The notes under the pieces: model-generated | Databases searched by the model: none | What the model saw: the letters and a program-made list of their open reading frames with translations, nothing else | Told to the model about the DNA's origin: nothing | Made by a program: the position numbers and the translations under genes | Part shown: positions 60,108 through 64,000 of the stretch, piece by piece | Numbering within the stretch: position 1 is the stretch's first letter | Layout of the letters: every line of letters starts with the position of its first letter | From: an uncultured virus (IMG/VR IMGVR_UViG_3300042879_002288) | Taxonomy: Duplodnaviria; Heunggongvirae; Uroviricota; Caudoviricetes; Crassvirales | Virus record (IMG/VR): IMGVR_UViG_3300042879_002288 | Direction: 5' to 3' (one strand) | Length of the DNA: 64,000 nucleotides

Positions 60108-61478
60108 TTATTTAAGTGGTTTATATTTCTCGTAGAATGCCTTTGCAAGTCTTGACGCCTCAGAGGCTCCTATGTCTCTTTTTATGACCCCAAATCTTGC
60201 AAGAACAGCATATAAGTGTTTATAGTCTAATTCGTCAAAATCTGCAATTCCTAAATGCCGAAGACTAAAAACTCCATCTGTCCTTCCTGGACTTGAAACC
60301 GTGCCTCCAACCTTAGCAGGTATTACACACACAAGGTCTCCCTCATGATTGTGCAGATACACATTAAATTGTTTATCTCTTCTAATCACAAATACATAAC
60401 AGGTCTGTTGCAGCTCAGCACCCCTGTTGTCTGGAACTTTGTATGCGATGGTTCCATTGTCTTCGTTATATGTTGGAACTGTCGCTGGGGCTCCTTTAAG
60501 CTCATCATGCCTTACAGAAAAAGAAGAAAATCTTGATTGGTCAAAAGAGGCAAAAGACTTATAGTCGTCTCCAGAATAAAACGGGCCAATCTTGGTATCA
60601 TATCTTTCCGTATATAAATTAGAGGAAGACTCAAGGGCTCTCCAGTCATCTGGAATACCAATAACAATATATGTTGTATAATCTTCTTCTATAGATATTT
60701 CTTTAATTAAACCCCAGTAATTTGCTTTGCTAATGCTTATTCCAGTGGTTCCAATGCCAGTATTTGACTTTTCCCCTGGGGCGTAAACTCTAACCGAACT
60801 AATAAGTAACTCAGGAACTAAATCATACCCAGATGGACCTACACCGTCGTTAATCAATGAATTATTTCCTATTCTATTGAAAGCTGTACCCCCTCCAGTA
60901 AACCCATAATATGTAATCCCAATTCCACCAGTAGCAAAGATTCCAGTAGCTGAACTGGCAGTAAATCCTATAGGACTATAGTCTGCTATGGGGTAAGAAA
61001 CTTCAGTAAACTCTATACCATCAAGAGCGAATGACGTCAGGCCAGTGTCCCCAAGAAGCAGTTCTTTTGGCTTTATGAGTTCTGGGGACGTAAACACCTT
61101 GCTCTGTATGCTCTTGGCTGTCTTGATAGACGCCTGCTTGAAGCTTGACTTGCCAATATAGTCAAAGCTCATCACGTTCTTGTTGGGTGGTGAGTTTGCT
61201 ATAAAGTTCAGAATGTCTTCTATAAGAGCCTGCTCCTGCCCTATATCACACTCCACATCTATAGTAGTCTTTCTATAGGCCTCTCCCTCCACATTCTGCA
61301 TAAAATCATATATGCCAGAGTCATTAAATATCAGCGTGACTCTTCCCTGGCTTGCTGTCATGTAAGACAGATTATTCGCCTGTAGGGCTATAACGCTGAT
61401 ACCAACACCAGTGTCCGACTCTGTGGTGCTGCCAGTATTTACCTTCTCCTTATTAAAAAGGAAGAACTTGCTTAACAT
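60108..61478 (-). CDS. Probable structural protein with LamG-like C-terminus
   Basis: 456 aa in the capsid cluster; YVFVIRRD. Confidence 0.55.
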   Translation of the reverse strand: MLSKFFLFNKEKVNTGSTTESDTGVGISVIALQANNLSYMTASQGRVTLIFNDSGIYDFMQNVEGEAYRKTTIDVECDIGQEQALIEDILNFIANSPPNKNVMSFDYIGKSSFKQASIKTAKSIQSKVFTSPELIKPKELLLGDTGLTSFALDGIEFTEVSYPIADYSPIGFTASSATGIFATGGIGITYYGFTGGGTAFNRIGNNSLINDGVGPSGYDLVPELLISSVRVYAPGEKSNTGIGTTGISISKANYWGLIKEISIEEDYTTYIVIGIPDDWRALESSSNLYTERYDTKIGPFYSGDDYKSFASFDQSRFSSFSVRHDELKGAPATVPTYNEDNGTIAYKVPDNRGAELQQTCYVFVIRRDKQFNVYLHNHEGDLVCVIPAKVGGTVSSPGRTDGVFSLRHLGIADFDELDYKHLYAVLARFGVIKRDIGASEASRLAKAFYEKYKPLK

Positions 61479-61490
61479 GAAGTAAATTTA

Positions 61491-61523
61491 AGAAGAAAAG
61501 CAAGGGGGCCGAAGCCCCTTTGC
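61491..61523 (-). terminator. Intrinsic terminator
   Basis: GCAAAGGGGC-TTCG-GCCCCCTTGC-TTTTCTT. Confidence 0.85.
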
Positions 61524-61530
61524 AAAGTAA

Positions 61531-61896
61531 TTAAGAGAATGTGGCTCCGGCAAAAGAGACCAAAGCCCATGCCTCACCGTTCCACATCAACGTGATATGC
61601 TCGTCAGCTGCATTAAGAACAAAAACGTCGTATCCACCGTCAACAACTGTACTGATAGTTAGTGTAGCATAATTTGTGTCGCTGGCTGCTTCCGCCCAAA
61701 TCATAAGCATCTGGCCAGGAACTTCTCCATTGGGAAGAGTCAATGCGTTGTTGGTATTTCCGTCAATTACCAACTTGATAAAGCTCGTGTCAACGGGAAG
61801 CGTTTGAGCCGTAGCCGCATCTTCTATAGTAGCCACATCAGCCTTAAGATAAAGCGGAAAGACGTGGTTTTTTCTGTTTGTATTTACTACTGCCAT
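61531..61896 (-). CDS. Probable capsid decoration protein
   Basis: LTLPNG..PGQM...LMWNG.AW; immediately after the capsid gene. Confidence 0.6.
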   Translation of the reverse strand: MAVVNTNRKNHVFPLYLKADVATIEDAATAQTLPVDTSFIKLVIDGNTNNALTLPNGEVPGQMLMIWAEAASDTNYATLTISTVVDGGYDVFVLNAADEHITLMWNGEAWALVSFAGATFS

Positions 61897-61918
61897 GATT
61901 TCTTTTATTTGTGAGTTA

Positions 61919-61944
61919 AGGGGAGGAGCCAAAACCCCTCCCCT
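61919..61944 (-). other. Hairpin after the capsid gene (no U-tract)
   Basis: AGGGGAGGGGT-TTTG-GCTCCTCCCCT. Confidence 0.6.
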
Positions 61945-61958
61945 CTCCCCAGGTTATT

Positions 61959-63326
61959 TTATGCAGACTTCAGGACAACGTGTTGGTTAGCAGCACGAGT
62001 GATGAGGTTGCACTCCGAACGGTAGTGGAACGTAGCAACGTCCTTACCAGCATCACCGTTGTTTGTGTAACCCAACACACCACCACCAGTCACCCAATGC
62101 TCAAGCTCTCTGCTGTAGCCATTTGCAGCCTTGTAGTTCATCTCCAAAGCAGGAGACTTCACTCCAGTGCGAGCGTCAGCAACTTGAGTCATAGGAATCA
62201 TTGCACCAGCATACTTAGAACCAGCCAACAGCGTTGGGTCGTTCAGCAACTTCCAGCTGTGCTTGTGGAAGGTGTAACCACCTCTCGTGAAGGATTTGAA
62301 GCCCAACTGAACAGCCATGTCTGCGCTGTTGTTGAATGCCCCAAACTGTCCGGGGAGACCAGCAGTGACCTGCGTAGCAACACCGAAGGCAAGTAAGTCA
62401 TCGACAGCCAAGTCAAAAGCTCTGTTGAGATACATAGCGTACTCAGAAGGAGCGCCCTGCTTGTCAAGCTCAATGATGATGTTATCAATATCTGTCATTG
62501 TTTCGAACGTGCCAGTAGCGATGTTGCCTCTTTCTTCTACTGCGCTGAAGTATCCTTCAGAACCAGCTCTACCCAAGACGCCATCATTAGTATCTCCAAG
62601 CTTGTTAGAGAACAACATCATCATCTCACGCTTGTCCATGAAACGCTTACGAGCCTCTTGCTCACCATACATGAACCATCTGTAGTCACCGTTGCCAGTG
62701 TTGACGTATCCAATGTTGGTTGCTTGCGAGCCATTCACTTGGAAACGCTCTTTAATAATCATGAATGGGTTGATAAGTCTGTCTACTCCAGGCTCCGTAA
62801 ATCCAGCGGGCTGGTCGGTTCCTTGAGCATACATGTTGCCGATAATTGCAAGCTCTTGGTCTGCAACCACGGCGGTAATGTCGCCAGTAAGTGCAACAAG
62901 GGAACAAGAAGTGCCCAACCCATTTGAAGTAGCACAGATGTATCTAGCGCCAGTAGCAATGTTAATCAAAACATCATTGACAAGTGGCTGAAGGCTGTCG
63001 TCGAAAGAAACACCCGCAGCGGTAATCCCTACTGCGGTTCCAATGGTATTGACTACAAGTCTCTTGTGTCTACGTCTTTCTTCGAAGTATTCAACCTGGT
63101 CGGCTTGACCAGCGTTCTTCGTGGCGCCAGTCAGCGTCAAGAAACCAGTGATGCCTTGGTCTCCAAACGTCTTGACAAGCATCTCACGAACGTCAGGTCT
63201 GTTGTACGCATCTGCGCTAGTCAACAGGTCGTTAATAGCTGTGTACTTGGAAGGGTCTGTCTTAATCGTACCAGCAGCCAAATTGCCACCAAGAGAGCTA
63301 GCTTTTTGTGTTTGTGTAAGGGCCAT
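61959..63326 (-). CDS. Major capsid protein (crAss-like)
   Basis: 455 aa; IIKERFQVNGSQATNIG, GSEGYFSAVEERG, LDKQGA, LGFKSF.RGGYTFHK, HYRSE. Confidence 0.88.
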   Translation of the reverse strand: MALTQTQKASSLGGNLAAGTIKTDPSKYTAINDLLTSADAYNRPDVREMLVKTFGDQGITGFLTLTGATKNAGQADQVEYFEERRRHKRLVVNTIGTAVGITAAGVSFDDSLQPLVNDVLINIATGARYICATSNGLGTSCSLVALTGDITAVVADQELAIIGNMYAQGTDQPAGFTEPGVDRLINPFMIIKERFQVNGSQATNIGYVNTGNGDYRWFMYGEQEARKRFMDKREMMMLFSNKLGDTNDGVLGRAGSEGYFSAVEERGNIATGTFETMTDIDNIIIELDKQGAPSEYAMYLNRAFDLAVDDLLAFGVATQVTAGLPGQFGAFNNSADMAVQLGFKSFTRGGYTFHKHSWKLLNDPTLLAGSKYAGAMIPMTQVADARTGVKSPALEMNYKAANGYSRELEHWVTGGGVLGYTNNGDAGKDVATFHYRSECNLITRAANQHVVLKSA

Positions 63327-63331
63327 TTTTT

Positions 63332-64000
63332 TTAGATTTTAAAGGTTAGAGTGTTGCCCATCCCTATGATATTTTTTAGTTGGTCTATAACAGGGTCGGC
63401 TTGGTTGTTAATGTTTTGTTGTTGCGGGGAACCTACAGATACATTGGCAGCCTTGTCAACTAAGGACCTTTGACCATCACCAAGTCCTTTTTGATAAGCA
63501 GATTTCACGATGGAGTCTATGTTATCAATAACGGTCATGTGAGATGAAAGAAGGTCATAGTCCCAGGTGCCATTGTCACGAACGTAAGAGTCAAAGAAGT
63601 TGGGCAACTGCGAGTTCTTTTGCTTGAGGTTGTTTCTTAGCTTGTCATCGATTCCGAAGGTGAACGTATTTCCATTCCCTAAATCGAACTCGATGCCTTC
63701 AAGAGCATCAACCTCCTTATACATGTTGTTCACCCAAGTATCATCAATTATTGACTCATACTGAGACTCTTTTTTTTCGGGGGCGGCATAGCGACTTCTT
63801 ACTTCTTCTATAGACTGCTTAGCCTTTTGGGCATCAATCTTAAGCTGAAGTTGAGAGAGTCTAACCTCGCCATCCTCGTAGATGTCTGGGTTCAACTTGT
63901 ACTTAGAATCCAGGAGAAGGTTGATTTCCTCATAGGACAAGTTGGGATATTCTGACGCCATGCTTACCCTTACGGCAGTCATGTCATCCATTTCGGATGG
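63332..64000 (-). CDS. Scaffold-like protein upstream of the capsid gene (5' partial)
   Basis: Acidic and helical; frame open to the window edge. Confidence 0.6.
   Translation of the reverse strand, partial: PSEMDDMTAVRVSMASEYPNLSYEEINLLLDSKYKLNPDIYEDGEVRLSQLQLKIDAQKAKQSIEEVRSRYAAPEKKESQYESIIDDTWVNNMYKEVDALEGIEFDLGNGNTFTFGIDDKLRNNLKQKNSQLPNFFDSYVRDNGTWDYDLLSSHMTVIDNIDSIVKSAYQKGLGDGQRSLVDKAANVSVGSPQQQNINNQADPVIDQLKNIIGMGNTLTFKI

Overview
The window is most of a tailed dsDNA phage genome, very probably infecting Bacteroidota (Flavobacteriales-like host, inferred from TAnnTTTG promoters and host-type protein domains). All calls are by-eye motif recognition; no database searches were run. Layout: (i) 1-20.1 kb, mostly minus strand: tail fibres, crAss-like portal and TerL, ThyX, six tRNA/tRNA-like genes, four glycosyltransferases, GroES-like protein, M15 endolysin. 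(ii) A 1.1-kb non-coding divergence zone. (iii) 21.2-36.7 kb, plus strand: small early genes, then ERF, PD-(D/E)XK exonuclease, SSB-like protein, primase-helicase, resolvase and class II RNR. (iv) 36.8-64 kb, minus strand: capsid, ring and muzzle proteins, a 3065-aa polyvalent protein, holin and M43 protease. Most notable: a ~130-nt nested-hairpin ncRNA candidate with its own promoter; an early-gene array punctuated by a strictly spaced ACAAT-N17-CGTT promoter and (AC)n leaders; two tandem Fib_succ_major/CLec genes with a DGR-like mutational footprint but no RT or template; tRNAs with UCA, UAU and AAU anticodons; apparently leaderless late genes; and dockerin-like motifs shared by the muzzle and the protease. 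No DNA or RNA polymerase was recognised.
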